Below are positions 50,457 to 60,084 of a stretch of 64,000 nucleotides of DNA, piece after piece. The notes under the pieces were generated by a model. That model saw nothing but the letters and a program-made list of their open reading frames with translations. It made no database searches and was not told where the DNA came from. Numbering within the stretch: position 1 is the stretch's first letter; every line of letters starts with the position of its first letter. Origin of the DNA: Pelagomonas calceolata (lineage: Eukaryota); NCBI GenBank assembly GCA_918797485.1, contig CAKKNE010000001.1, positions 3,162,001 to 3,226,000 of the forward strand, written 5' to 3'. Position numbers and translations under genes: made by a program.

Positions 50457-51764
50457 TTAGACCTTCTTGAAGACCAGCGCGCCGTTGTGCCCCCCAAAAC
50501 CCAGGTTCTGCGTGATCGCCACGTCCACCGAGCGCTGCTCCGCGCCGTCGGAAACATAATTCAGGTCGCAGTCCGGGTCCGGCGTCTCGAGGTTTATGGT
50601 GGGCGGGCAGACGCCATGTTTCACCGCTAAACACGTCAGGACGGCCTCGATGCCGCCGGCGGCGCCCATGGTGTGGCCCGTCGCGCCTTTTGTCGACGAG
50701 ACCCGTAAGTTATACGCGTGGTCGCCGAAGACCGTTTTCAAAGCCATCGTTTCAAATTTGTCGTTGTACGCGGTCGACGTGCCGTGCGCATTGACATAGA
50801 CGACCTCCGACGGCTCCACACCGGCATGTTTGAGGGTGACGTCGAGACACCGCGCGAGGCCGGCACCTTCCGGTGCGGGAGTCGTGATGTGGTGCGCGTC
50901 GCAGGTGGCGCCGTAGCCCGCGAGCTCCGCATAGACCGACGCGCCTCGCTTCTCCGCGTGGTCCGCGGACTCTAAGACAATAACGCCGGCCCCCTCGCCC
51001 ATGACGAAGCCCGCCCGGTCCGCGTCGAAGGGCCTACTTGCTTTGTCTGGTGTGTCGTTAAACTTCGTACACATGGCCTTCATGGCCCCGAAGCCGCCGT
51101 ACATGAGCGGCGTCATCGCCGCCTCGCTGCCGCCGCATATGACAATGTCGGCGTCTCCTCTCTGAATGGCCAGCATGGCTTCACCGATCGCGTGCGTGCC
51201 GCTCGCGCACGCCGAGACGACGCCAAAGTTCGGGCCCCGGCAATTGAGCTCAATCCCAACAACGCCGGACGCCGTGTTGCCCAGTAAAGCGGGGATGGCG
51301 AAGGGCGAGACCCGTCTCGGCCCCCGCTTCTGCATGCGCTCGTACTCGCTCTCGACGGTGCCAATACCCCCGAAGGCGCTTCCAATCATCACGCCCACCC
51401 GATCGGGGTCCGCGTTCTCACCGATATCAAGTTTCGCGTCGTCGTAGGCCTGCCTCGCCGCCGCCATCGCGAGGTGCGTATACCGGTCGTTCGCGTTCGC
51501 CGTCTTCGGGCTCGCGAACCAGGCCTTGCCGTCAAAATCTCTCACTTGACAGCCGACCGTACTCCCAAACCGCTCCGGCTCGTCGAAGGCATCAACAGGC
51601 GCGATGCCCGTCTTGCCCGCGCAGATGTTGGTCCAGGTCTCCTCGTAGGTGTTGCCCACGCCCGTCAGGGCGCCGACGCCGGTGACGACCACTCTGGGTG
51701 GTGCCAGGGCATGCGTCGCGGTGATGAGGAGCGCTGACGCTATCCGTCGCCGTTGCCGAGCCAT
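50457..51764 (-). CDS. fabF: Beta-ketoacyl-ACP synthase II, probably plastid-targeted
   Basis: RVVVTGVG, SACASG (catalytic Cys), VNAHGTST, STKGATGHTMGAAG, NLGFGGHN; hydrophobic presequence. Confidence 0.95.
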   Translation of the reverse strand: MARQRRRIASALLITATHALAPPRVVVTGVGALTGVGNTYEETWTNICAGKTGIAPVDAFDEPERFGSTVGCQVRDFDGKAWFASPKTANANDRYTHLAMAAARQAYDDAKLDIGENADPDRVGVMIGSAFGGIGTVESEYERMQKRGPRRVSPFAIPALLGNTASGVVGIELNCRGPNFGVVSACASGTHAIGEAMLAIQRGDADIVICGGSEAAMTPLMYGGFGAMKAMCTKFNDTPDKASRPFDADRAGFVMGEGAGVIVLESADHAEKRGASVYAELAGYGATCDAHHITTPAPEGAGLARCLDVTLKHAGVEPSEVVYVNAHGTSTAYNDKFETMALKTVFGDHAYNLRVSSTKGATGHTMGAAGGIEAVLTCLAVKHGVCPPTINLETPDPDCDLNYVSDGAEQRSVDVAITQNLGFGGHNGALVFKKV

Positions 51765-52254
51765 CTCTGCGAGGCTGGGTCCAGCAGGGCTATTTTAGGC
51801 CTTTTTGTTGCGCAGTGCTGTCGTACGCTTGCAAGCTCGGTGCGCTGGTGCCTTGGATGCCGGGTCAAGCGTTCTCGCTAGCCTACCTGCACAGATTGGG
51901 CCTAGCGGCGCCGCTCAAAAACGCATGCGTCGAGGCTTTTGATGCTGCAAAGGCCTCGCGCGATGGCGCCGAAAACCCGTCGGGGGGGTGCTTGGACGTC
52001 TCTGTAGCGGTATGAGGTCGCTTCCATCAGACAGCCGGGCGACTTGTAAAACCCGTGACCCAAAACTGAGCTCGAGCACTCGCGCAGCCCGCTTTGGCCG
52101 CATTCATGCAGCCAGGCTCTGCCAGTGCATCCTGAAGATCGCATACACCCACTGATCAAGATCAGCTGCAGTGCCGCATCGATTGCATCGATTAGTGCAC
52201 CTGCTTGCCTGTACCCACTGAGTCCGCGTGCCGCCGCGCGCAGCAGTGCGATTC

Positions 52255-53739
52255 ATGGAGCGAGGCAGCAGCCGAGGACGCAGCAGAGGCAGAGGCCCAC
52301 GAGGCCGCAGCAGAGGCAGAGGCAGAAGCAGAGGCCGAGGCCGAGGCCGTGGCCGCGAGTCCGACATACGTGCAGCCCTCACCGCCTTCGCACAGCGGCT
52401 CCCGCCGCCGCCCGGGCCGAGCCTGCTGGAGCGCGTCGACGACGACACCGCAAGATTTCCCACGTCGCTCTCGGCGCGGGACCGCAGCGCGGCGCACGGC
52501 GCCTGTGGAGACCTAGGCCTGCACCACTGGAGCGAGGACGTGCGCGACGGCGGCCGGCGGTGCGTCGCGTCGCGACAACGGCGGCCGGACCCGCACGGTT
52601 CGCGGGCCGCGAGCGAGGTAGCAGCGCTGGCGTCATCGCGCCTCACGCGGCCGCAAGCCGCGTGGCCGGCGCCGCGGAACGATCTGAGGCGCGTCGCCGA
52701 CGACGCGTGGGAGCGATTCGACGGGAGCACGTGGGCGCCGTGCGCCCGGACCGGCGCCTTCGAGCACGCGGCCGCGAACACGGCGCTCGTCGCGGCCGGG
52801 CCGCCGCGCCCCGCGCCGGTGGTGCGACCACCCCAGGTCCCGGTCGAGGTCGTCGATTCGCCGGACGCGCTCCGGGCCATGGCCGCGGAGCTCGCCCGGT
52901 CGAAAACGCCGATCGCCATCGACGTGGAAGCCCACGCGGAGTTTTCGTTCGAGGGCTTCGCGTGCCTGCTGCAGGTCTCGACGCACAGCAAAGACTACGT
53001 CGTCGACTGCCTCAAATTGAGAGAAGAGGTCGGGCCGGCGCTGCGCGCGGTATTTGCCGACCCGGCGGTCCGGAAGGTCTTCCACTCGTGCGAGGGCGTG
53101 GACATCCCGCGCCTGGACCGCGACTTCGGGATCCGCGTGGTGAATTGCGCGGACACGCAGATCGCCGCCGCGGCGCTGGAGCTGCCCCTCGGCCTCGTCG
53201 ACCTCCTGGGGGCCTGCGGCGTCGTGGACGGCGCCTGGGCCGCGCGCGCGGCGATTCTCAAAAAGCGGTTCCAGAACTGCGACTGGCGGAGGCGTCCGCT
53301 CTCGTCGGACCAGGTTGACTATGCGCGCGGCGACGCGACGCATCTGCTCGCGCTGGACGCGGCGCTGTGGACTCGGTTAGCGGACTCGGGGCTCGAGCGG
53401 GCCGCGTTCGCCGACTCGCAGGCGGCCCCTCAGCGCGCTCTGTGGCGGCCGCCGCGCGCCTCGTTCCTCGCGGCCGAGCGGGACAAGCGCCTCCCGCGCG
53501 ACGACACGCAAGCAAGACGCTTCGTCGATTTGTACGCCTGGCGCGACGCCGCCGCGCGCCGCGTCGACGAGTCGCCGCACGCGGTCTGCCCCGCGGCGGC
53601 GCTCGTCGAGTTTGCAAAGCGCGCACCGCGTGACGCGGACGCCCTCGGGATCGCCTTCGAGCCGCTGCCCCCGTACGTTGCCTGCGACGCCTTCGGCCTG
53701 CGCAGCGACCTGCTCGCGCGTATTGGGTTGTGGAGTTAG
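52255..53739 (+). CDS. RRP6/RNase D-like DEDDy 3'-5' exonuclease with RG repeats, R3H-like and HRDC domains
   Basis: IAIDVEAH, CLLQVST, KVFHS...DIPRLDRDF, DWRRRPL...YARGDATHL, LYAWRD..AR..DESP; RSAAH...LGLHHWS. Confidence 0.88.
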   Translation: MERGSSRGRSRGRGPRGRSRGRGRSRGRGRGRGRESDIRAALTAFAQRLPPPPGPSLLERVDDDTARFPTSLSARDRSAAHGACGDLGLHHWSEDVRDGGRRCVASRQRRPDPHGSRAASEVAALASSRLTRPQAAWPAPRNDLRRVADDAWERFDGSTWAPCARTGAFEHAAANTALVAAGPPRPAPVVRPPQVPVEVVDSPDALRAMAAELARSKTPIAIDVEAHAEFSFEGFACLLQVSTHSKDYVVDCLKLREEVGPALRAVFADPAVRKVFHSCEGVDIPRLDRDFGIRVVNCADTQIAAAALELPLGLVDLLGACGVVDGAWAARAAILKKRFQNCDWRRRPLSSDQVDYARGDATHLLALDAALWTRLADSGLERAAFADSQAAPQRALWRPPRASFLAAERDKRLPRDDTQARRFVDLYAWRDAAARRVDESPHAVCPAAALVEFAKRAPRDADALGIAFEPLPPYVACDAFGLRSDLLARIGLWS

Positions 53740-53755
53740 ATTGTTGTTTAACACA

Positions 53756-54391
53756 TTACAAGGTTTGCTCGATCGCGTTCTCCACGTACAGACACTCGTG
53801 CACGAGCCAGCAGCCCTGGTCCGGCGGCCGTCGTTGTTGCTGCAGCGTCCATAGGAACTTGCGTTCCTGGCCGCGATTCGTCTGCACCGTCACCATATTG
53901 GTAGTGAGCGCGCCGCGCGTCTGCGTCGCGGGGATGCGGTTGCCGAGCTTGCCGCTCCACGACTCGTGGTCCACCAGTTGCGCGAACGTTGGATTCCTCG
54001 CATACTTCAAAAAATCCGCCAGCGAGCCGCCGACGGCCGCGCGACACATGTCGCTCCTGTGGGCAAATCAAACAGTGGGTCGGGTGCCGCCACCACGAGA
54101 CGCGCCACGACAATTTGATTCATGCACTGGTCGGCGCGAGAAGTTCCAGCACGTCCGCAGGCCCGCGTCGGGGACCGGGTCGTCGTTGCGACCCAGGGCG
54201 TTCATGCAGAGCGCGACGACAGCTTCGTCCGAGTAGATTGGATCCGGCCGCGGCACGCTGTCGTCCTCGCCGGCTTTTCGTCGCACGCCGCGGCGTCTAC
54301 TGCAATGCGTTGCTTGCAGTGCGTTTGTGCATATGCTCAGGGCTGCCAGTTGCAGCAGAGCCAGGCGCAGCAGAGCTGTTGCACCGATCAT
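53756..54391 (-). CDS. Conserved hypothetical protein with signal/transit presequence; predicted GC-AG intron 54137-54057
   Basis: PRPDP......VV...MNAL..ND.P..DAGL...WNFS joined to SDMCRAAVGG...GCWLVHE by an 81-nt intron. Confidence 0.7.
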
Positions 54392-54757
54392 CGGACCTCC
54401 TTTCACTGATCTCTGTGCCAGAAGCGCCTGCACAGCCCGCGATTGCGGATGCAGACAACAAGCCGAGCTAGCGTCACATCGATACTAGACTTACACGAGC
54501 TTTTTAGCTCGGCTACGCGCTGCGCAGCAATAACCGAACAGATTCCTGTAGCAGAGCGCCGTCGCGCAGCCAGTAGCCGTTCGAAAACCCTGCAGCGACG
54601 CCTAGCGACGCCAGCGCTCCACGCCCACAAAACCGCTGGATAGCAGCTATTGCAGATAATTGAGACGCAGCCGCCGCGGCGACGCTGCGAGGACAGCTGT
54701 AACCGCTGAGAAAGCAGCTAATTCAGACGCCGCCGGCGCGAGACAAAAAACGCACCC

Positions 54758-55960
54758 ATGGCCGTCCGCAAGAAGGTCGAAGCCTTACTAAAACTCCCCG
54801 GAAATAATGAATGCGCCGACTGCACGGCGCCCAAGCCCAACTGGGCGAGCGCGTCGTGCGGCGTCTTCGTCTGCTTTAACTGCAGCGGCCTGCACCGTGG
54901 GTTAGGAACCCACCTGTCCTTCGTTAGATCGGTGAACCTGGACGAGTGGACGGAAAAACAATACAAGAAGATGAAGGAGTGGGGCAACCTCAACGCGAAC
55001 GCGTACTTCGAGGCGCGGCTCGACAAGAAGAAGCCCGACCAGCACGCGAGCGTTAACGAGATGAACCGCTACATCAGAGACAAGTACGAGATGGGCAAGT
55101 GGGTGCCCGACGGCGGCGAGGGCGATCCACGACGGGGCGGCAAGCCCTCACGGTCGCCGCGGGCCGCCGCGCCGGAGCCGACGCCCGAGCCCCGCAAAGC
55201 TGCGAAGCCGCGCGTCAAGGTATCGAGCCGCTCGAAACCGAAGCCCGCGGCGGCGCCGGCGCCCGACTTATTGTCCTTCGACGCGCCGGCGCCGGCGGCG
55301 GAGCCGGCCTTCGCGGCCTTCGGCCAGGCGCCGCCGCAGCAGCAGGCGCCCTTCGACGCCTTCGGCACGCAAGCGACGCGCGCGGCGCCCTCCTCATCCT
55401 TCGACGCGTTCGCCGGCGCGCCGGCCGCGCCGCCGCCGCAGCCCGCGCCGCCGCCGGCGTCGAACGACGCGATCCTCTCCATGTTCAACGCGCCGCCGGC
55501 GATGCCGCGCGGCGGGCCCATGCCCGGTGGCTTTCCCATGCAGCCGGCGCCGTCGATGCCGCCGCGGGGCCCGCCCATGGGTTTTAGTCAGCCGCCGCGC
55601 CCCATGGGCTTCGGCCAGCCGCCGATGATGCAGCCGCAGCAGGGCTTCGCGGCGTTCGGCCAGGCGCGGCCGCCTCAGCCGCAGCAAGGGATGATGATGG
55701 CGCGGCAGATGCCACAGCAGATGGGCTTCCCGCCGCAACAGCAGCAGCAGATTGGCATGGGGATGGGCTACGCGCCGCGGCCGCCGATGCCGCCGCAGAT
55801 GGGGATGATGGGCGGCGGCTCGATGCCGTCGCCGATGATGTCGCCGCGCGGCATGATGTCGCCGCGGGGCATGATGGCGCCGCCGCGGCCGCCGTCCTCG
55901 ATGCCGCCGAAGCAGGACTCCATGCCCGGCGGCTTCGGGCCGAACGGCTTCACCTTCTAG
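54758..55960 (+). CDS. ArfGAP (SMAP/AGD5-like)
   Basis: CADC...PNWAS...GVFVCFNCSGLHRGLGTHLSFVRSVNLDEW; DLLSF clathrin-box-like motif; P/M/Q-rich tail. Confidence 0.93.
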   Translation: MAVRKKVEALLKLPGNNECADCTAPKPNWASASCGVFVCFNCSGLHRGLGTHLSFVRSVNLDEWTEKQYKKMKEWGNLNANAYFEARLDKKKPDQHASVNEMNRYIRDKYEMGKWVPDGGEGDPRRGGKPSRSPRAAAPEPTPEPRKAAKPRVKVSSRSKPKPAAAPAPDLLSFDAPAPAAEPAFAAFGQAPPQQQAPFDAFGTQATRAAPSSSFDAFAGAPAAPPPQPAPPPASNDAILSMFNAPPAMPRGGPMPGGFPMQPAPSMPPRGPPMGFSQPPRPMGFGQPPMMQPQQGFAAFGQARPPQPQQGMMMARQMPQQMGFPPQQQQQIGMGMGYAPRPPMPPQMGMMGGGSMPSPMMSPRGMMSPRGMMAPPRPPSSMPPKQDSMPGGFGPNGFTF

Positions 55961-56029
55961 GTTTCGCTCTCTCTCTCGTTAACTTCCAAGTTAGTGTACG
56001 CGTTCCCTTGCTAGAGCCAGGCTACCCGA

Positions 56030-57268
56030 CTAGTACAGCACCGGCCGCGCCTCCTCGAAGGCCTCGATGAGCGGCGCGCGCGCGGCCTGGCGCGCCTCGC
56101 GCGTCTCCGCGTCGTCGCCGCCGCCCTCGATCAGATGGTCTATGAGGTCCGCGAGGCGGAGGAGCTCGTTCGCGGGCGCCGTCTTCTCGAGCGCCTCGCA
56201 GGTCCGCGCCCTCAGATCGCTCTTCTCGACGCAGTCGCCGTGCGAGAGGCCCGCGCGCGTGATCAGCGCCCTCATGTCCTTGATCTTCAGGTCCGCGACG
56301 GCGGTGCGGAGGGCGTCGGCCTGGTGCGGCGGGCCTTCCGCGGTGGCCCAGCGGCGGAGCATCGCCTCGGGCGTCGCGGGATGCGTTCGCGACGGCGCGC
56401 CGCGCGGGACGAGCTTCGACCCGAGGCGAATCATTTCGCGCACGGTCGCGATCTTGTCGACCAGGGCCGTCCCGCCGTAGCGGGCCACGAGGTGCGGCGG
56501 CATGCCGTTCCACGCGCACGCGAACGCGAGCGGCGGCGTCATGTAGCTCCCGTCCGGCGGCCCGGGCCCGTACTCCGTGTCCGCGCCGCGCGCCACGACC
56601 GCCTCAACGACCTCGTGGAGGCTCGCCTTGGCCAGCCCGAAGAGCACCGTCGCGCCGTCGAGACATTTGGCGTTCACGTTGCAGCCCGCCTCGACGAGGA
56701 GGCGGACGATCGCGATCTTCCTGTCCCGGTCGCCGACGCTTGAACTTAACGCGCAAAAGAACGGCGACGCGTAGCCCATGTTCCCGGCGTTCGGATCGCA
56801 TCCGGCGTCGAGCAGCAGGCGCGTGCACTCGAGCGAATTCGCCCCGATAGCGAGCGTCAGCGGCACCCGAGGCACCACGAGCATCATGCTGCCCTCCGGC
56901 TTGGCGCCGCCCATACCCTTGAACTCGCGCTGGTCCCGGGAGGCCTGATGCAGGGCCGCGGTGTCGGCGTCGCCGTCGGGCGGCGCGCCCTTCGCGAGGC
57001 ACGCGGCCAGGACCTTCGCGTGGCCCGCGGCGGCGCTCTCGGTCACGAAGGGCGCCAGGGCGCTCTCGATGCTCGCGTGGCCCGCGGCGGCGGCGATGCT
57101 CTCGTCCGTGCGCTCGACGACCGCGAGCATCGCCGCCTCGTCCGTCTTGTCGTAGGCAGCTCTTTGGGCCTCTACGGCGTCGCCTCTCATCGAGGCCTCG
57201 TCCATCGTCGTGACAACCATGCGCCTCACCTCCTCACTGAGGTCGTGACCTTCTCCATCCCGCGCCAT
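56030..57268 (-). CDS. Ankyrin repeat protein with C-terminal SAP/ARMET-C-like motif
   Basis: LLLDAGCDPN, LLVEAGCNVN; LKIKDMRALITRAGLSHGDCVEKSDL. Confidence 0.8.
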   Translation of the reverse strand: MARDGEGHDLSEEVRRMVVTTMDEASMRGDAVEAQRAAYDKTDEAAMLAVVERTDESIAAAAGHASIESALAPFVTESAAAGHAKVLAACLAKGAPPDGDADTAALHQASRDQREFKGMGGAKPEGSMMLVVPRVPLTLAIGANSLECTRLLLDAGCDPNAGNMGYASPFFCALSSSVGDRDRKIAIVRLLVEAGCNVNAKCLDGATVLFGLAKASLHEVVEAVVARGADTEYGPGPPDGSYMTPPLAFACAWNGMPPHLVARYGGTALVDKIATVREMIRLGSKLVPRGAPSRTHPATPEAMLRRWATAEGPPHQADALRTAVADLKIKDMRALITRAGLSHGDCVEKSDLRARTCEALEKTAPANELLRLADLIDHLIEGGGDDAETREARQAARAPLIEAFEEARPVLY

Positions 57269-57513
57269 GATCGATCTTTGCAGATCCTGTAAAATCTGTG
57301 GCCCTGGACGGCTATATGCTGTGCTCGCGCAGCGAGAGAGATGAAAATATAGACTTCCTTGACGCGTTGATCGCACCTGCCTGCACCGCGCGGCGTCAGC
57401 GGCCGCAAAATCGACTTGAAAAACCCGTCTGCAACTCTGTCTGCTAGCGATAGCCGCCGTAGGCGTCCTACGTAGTGACGCAGTCTACCTTAATAAAGGC
57501 GACTAAGACAAGA

Positions 57514-58977
57514 TTATTCCCCCGCGGCGGCGGCGGCCCCCGGCGAAGAAGCCTCCGGAGGAGGCGGCGCGACAACCGCCGCGTCAATAGTCCTTTGCAC
57601 CAAGCCCTTCCGCGCGCGCGCGTCCCGATCTAAATGGCACGTCGCGATCAACGTGTCCAGGAACTCGGCGTTGCGCGCCGCCGTCGCGTCGAGCGACACG
57701 ACGCGCTTCCGTAAAGCTTCGGCCGCGTTCGCGACGGCGTCGTGGTCACTCGAGACCGCGTCGCCACAGATTGAATGGAGCGCGGCCACTGCACATAAAA
57801 GAGCGTAGAGCGTCGCGTGCGCGCCCAGGGGCGGGTCGCCGCCGGGCACGGCGCGCAACGCCGCCGCGCAGGCCTCTATTGGACTCACGTCGGCCGCGGG
57901 CGCTTGCTCCTTCAGCGTGGCGGCGAAGATGACCCGGCAGCATCCCTGAATCGCCGCCCATCTCAAATCGGACGTGGGCGGCGGCAGTGCCCGCAGGATG
58001 GAAATGCAGCGCCGCGCCGCGTCGCGCGAAGAACAAGGGTCGCCCGCGTCGATACTGCCACCGGCGTCGGCGAGCGCCGCCAGCGCACTTTCTACGCACC
58101 GCCTTGCTGCTGCCGCGCCGCCACTCGACGTCGCGACGTTTTCGTCGTGTGCCAGGTCAATGCATCGCTCCGCGACGCGCTGCAGCGCCTCGTTTGATAA
58201 GCCGCCGTGTCCAAATGAGGCGCTCCAGGCCTGGAACGCGCGGTCGAGGCGCCGGCAGGCGTCCTCGTCCTTGGGCACGTCCGCGTCGGCGACGTAGAGC
58301 GCGAGGACGTCGTCCACGATACCTTCGTCGAGGCTCCGCTGGTCCATCTCGACCAGTGTCTCGAGCGCGCCGCGCGCCACGGCCGGCCGCGCGTCGAGGG
58401 CGGCGGTGAGTTGGAGCCACCTCGTCAATGATTGAGGCACTTCGTCGGGGTGGCGCGCCGCGTAGCGGCCGCCCAGCGCCTCTAGTAAAGCGTTCCGCGC
58501 CGCCGGCGTTTTTTTGGAAGCATCATCATTGATCAGAGAAGCGAAGGCCGTGGCCAGCTCGCCCTCCGTGCTCAAGCCATCGCGCGCGTCACGTAGCAAT
58601 CGCTCAGCTTTATCTTGATCAGGCACACGGACGCGACGCACCGACGAACACCCCAGCACGACCTCCACGCCGGTATCACTGGGCCTTTCGTCGACAGCCC
58701 GGACGGCCGCCTCCGCGCGCGCCGCGATCGAACCGGGCTTCCTCCGAATGTAATCCCAGTCGATGGCCACGCCCGTCGACGGTGCCTGCTCTCCTAGATC
58801 TTTCCGCGAGGCGGCGTTCATCTCCTTGAGCTGGTTGACCCTTGCCTCGGTCTTCGCGTCGGCCGCCATCACTTGATCTAAGATCGACGTCGTCTTGGCC
58901 TTCTTCTTGGGCGGCGGCTTGGCTTTCTTCGTGGTTCGTGGCGAGCAGAAGAGGTCGTCGTCGGAGGAGTCGGTCAT
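57514..58977 (-). CDS. Hypothetical nuclear alpha-helical protein
   Basis: Long ORF with ATG at 58977, NLS-like PPKKKAK, and a helical Ala/Leu-rich body. Confidence 0.6.
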   Translation of the reverse strand: MTDSSDDDLFCSPRTTKKAKPPPKKKAKTTSILDQVMAADAKTEARVNQLKEMNAASRKDLGEQAPSTGVAIDWDYIRRKPGSIAARAEAAVRAVDERPSDTGVEVVLGCSSVRRVRVPDQDKAERLLRDARDGLSTEGELATAFASLINDDASKKTPAARNALLEALGGRYAARHPDEVPQSLTRWLQLTAALDARPAVARGALETLVEMDQRSLDEGIVDDVLALYVADADVPKDEDACRRLDRAFQAWSASFGHGGLSNEALQRVAERCIDLAHDENVATSSGGAAAARRCVESALAALADAGGSIDAGDPCSSRDAARRCISILRALPPPTSDLRWAAIQGCCRVIFAATLKEQAPAADVSPIEACAAALRAVPGGDPPLGAHATLYALLCAVAALHSICGDAVSSDHDAVANAAEALRKRVVSLDATAARNAEFLDTLIATCHLDRDARARKGLVQRTIDAAVVAPPPPEASSPGAAAAAGE

Positions 58978-59217
58978 GGTTTGATTGGCTCCGCGGCGGC
59001 GTCGCGGCACAGCTGCCTTTTGTAGTGTGGAGTACAGCTAGCCCCTGCAGTTGGTAGGAGCCGTGCGATGCTGAGAGGCTGCGGATGCTGGGAAGCTATT
59101 CAATTCGCCGCAGAATTACCACAATTGCCGCTACAGATTTGAACGCCAAGCCAATACGCGGCGCGCCTCTACGAGCTAGCGGCTCTGTAAGGCACTAGGG
59201 CTGTTTTCGCAGGACTA

Positions 59218-60003
59218 CTACCCCGCATTACTCGCCCCGGGCAGCGCCGTCGCCACCCCCACAACCGCGTCGGCGAGCGACGCCTCCGCCGCCGCGACCG
59301 CCTCGAGCGCGCCGACGAGCGCCGACGCCTCGCGGAGCGCGGTCTGGCGCTCGTTCTCCCAGTCCGCGTCGAAGCCGTCGATTGTAGCCTTCGTCAGGAG
59401 AGCTACCGCCCGCTGCGCCTCCCGCAGGGCGTCGTCCCGTTTTCCGGCACCCTTCAGCGCCTCGGCCAGGCGTAGGACGTGGAAGCCCGCGCCGTCGTCT
59501 AGACCCACAAGCGTCGTCAGCGTCGCCACCGCATCCAGATAAAGGCCCTGCTTCGTCTGGTCGCCGCCCAGGTTAAATAGAGCGTCTCTCCGGACTTGCA
59601 GGTCGGCGCTCTTGTCCAAATCGGCAGCTAAATGGTAAGCTTTCGCCGCGTCCGAGAACTGCCCCAGTCTTCCATAAATCTCGCCCAGATTGAAATGGAC
59701 CAGGGCCTCCTCGGGCTGTCTAGCTGCAAAACTATTGTACGCGTGGATCGCAGCCAGTAAATCGCCGCTCGCGTCCAGCGCTCTTCCATCTTGAAACAGC
59801 GCCTGGTCCGTCAGCGCATTCGTGATATTAGCTTCGTGCAGCGTCTTCCAGGCCTCGTGCGCTCCTTTATAATCACCAATCGCGTAGCGGCAGTCTCCTA
59901 GGGTATAAAAGCCGAAGGCTGTTTCCAGCGTGCAGACGTGGCCGACGAGCATCCTTTCTAATTCGGCGGCCCGGTCGGCGGGGTCCTCGTTGAAGGAGGC
60001 CAT
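59218..60003 (-). CDS. TPR repeat protein
   Basis: FYTLGDCRYAIGDY..A, HFNLGEIYGRLGQF..A, LFNLG......GLY..A. Confidence 0.85.
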   Translation of the reverse strand: MASFNEDPADRAAELERMLVGHVCTLETAFGFYTLGDCRYAIGDYKGAHEAWKTLHEANITNALTDQALFQDGRALDASGDLLAAIHAYNSFAARQPEEALVHFNLGEIYGRLGQFSDAAKAYHLAADLDKSADLQVRRDALFNLGGDQTKQGLYLDAVATLTTLVGLDDGAGFHVLRLAEALKGAGKRDDALREAQRAVALLTKATIDGFDADWENERQTALREASALVGALEAVAAAEASLADAVVGVATALPGASNAG

Positions 60004-60084
60004 CGCTGCGTACTTGCGGGCAGCGCGGCCCGGGGCAGCCCCGCAAACCGATACAAAAAATGGCTGCTCAAAACGGGTTTTCGC

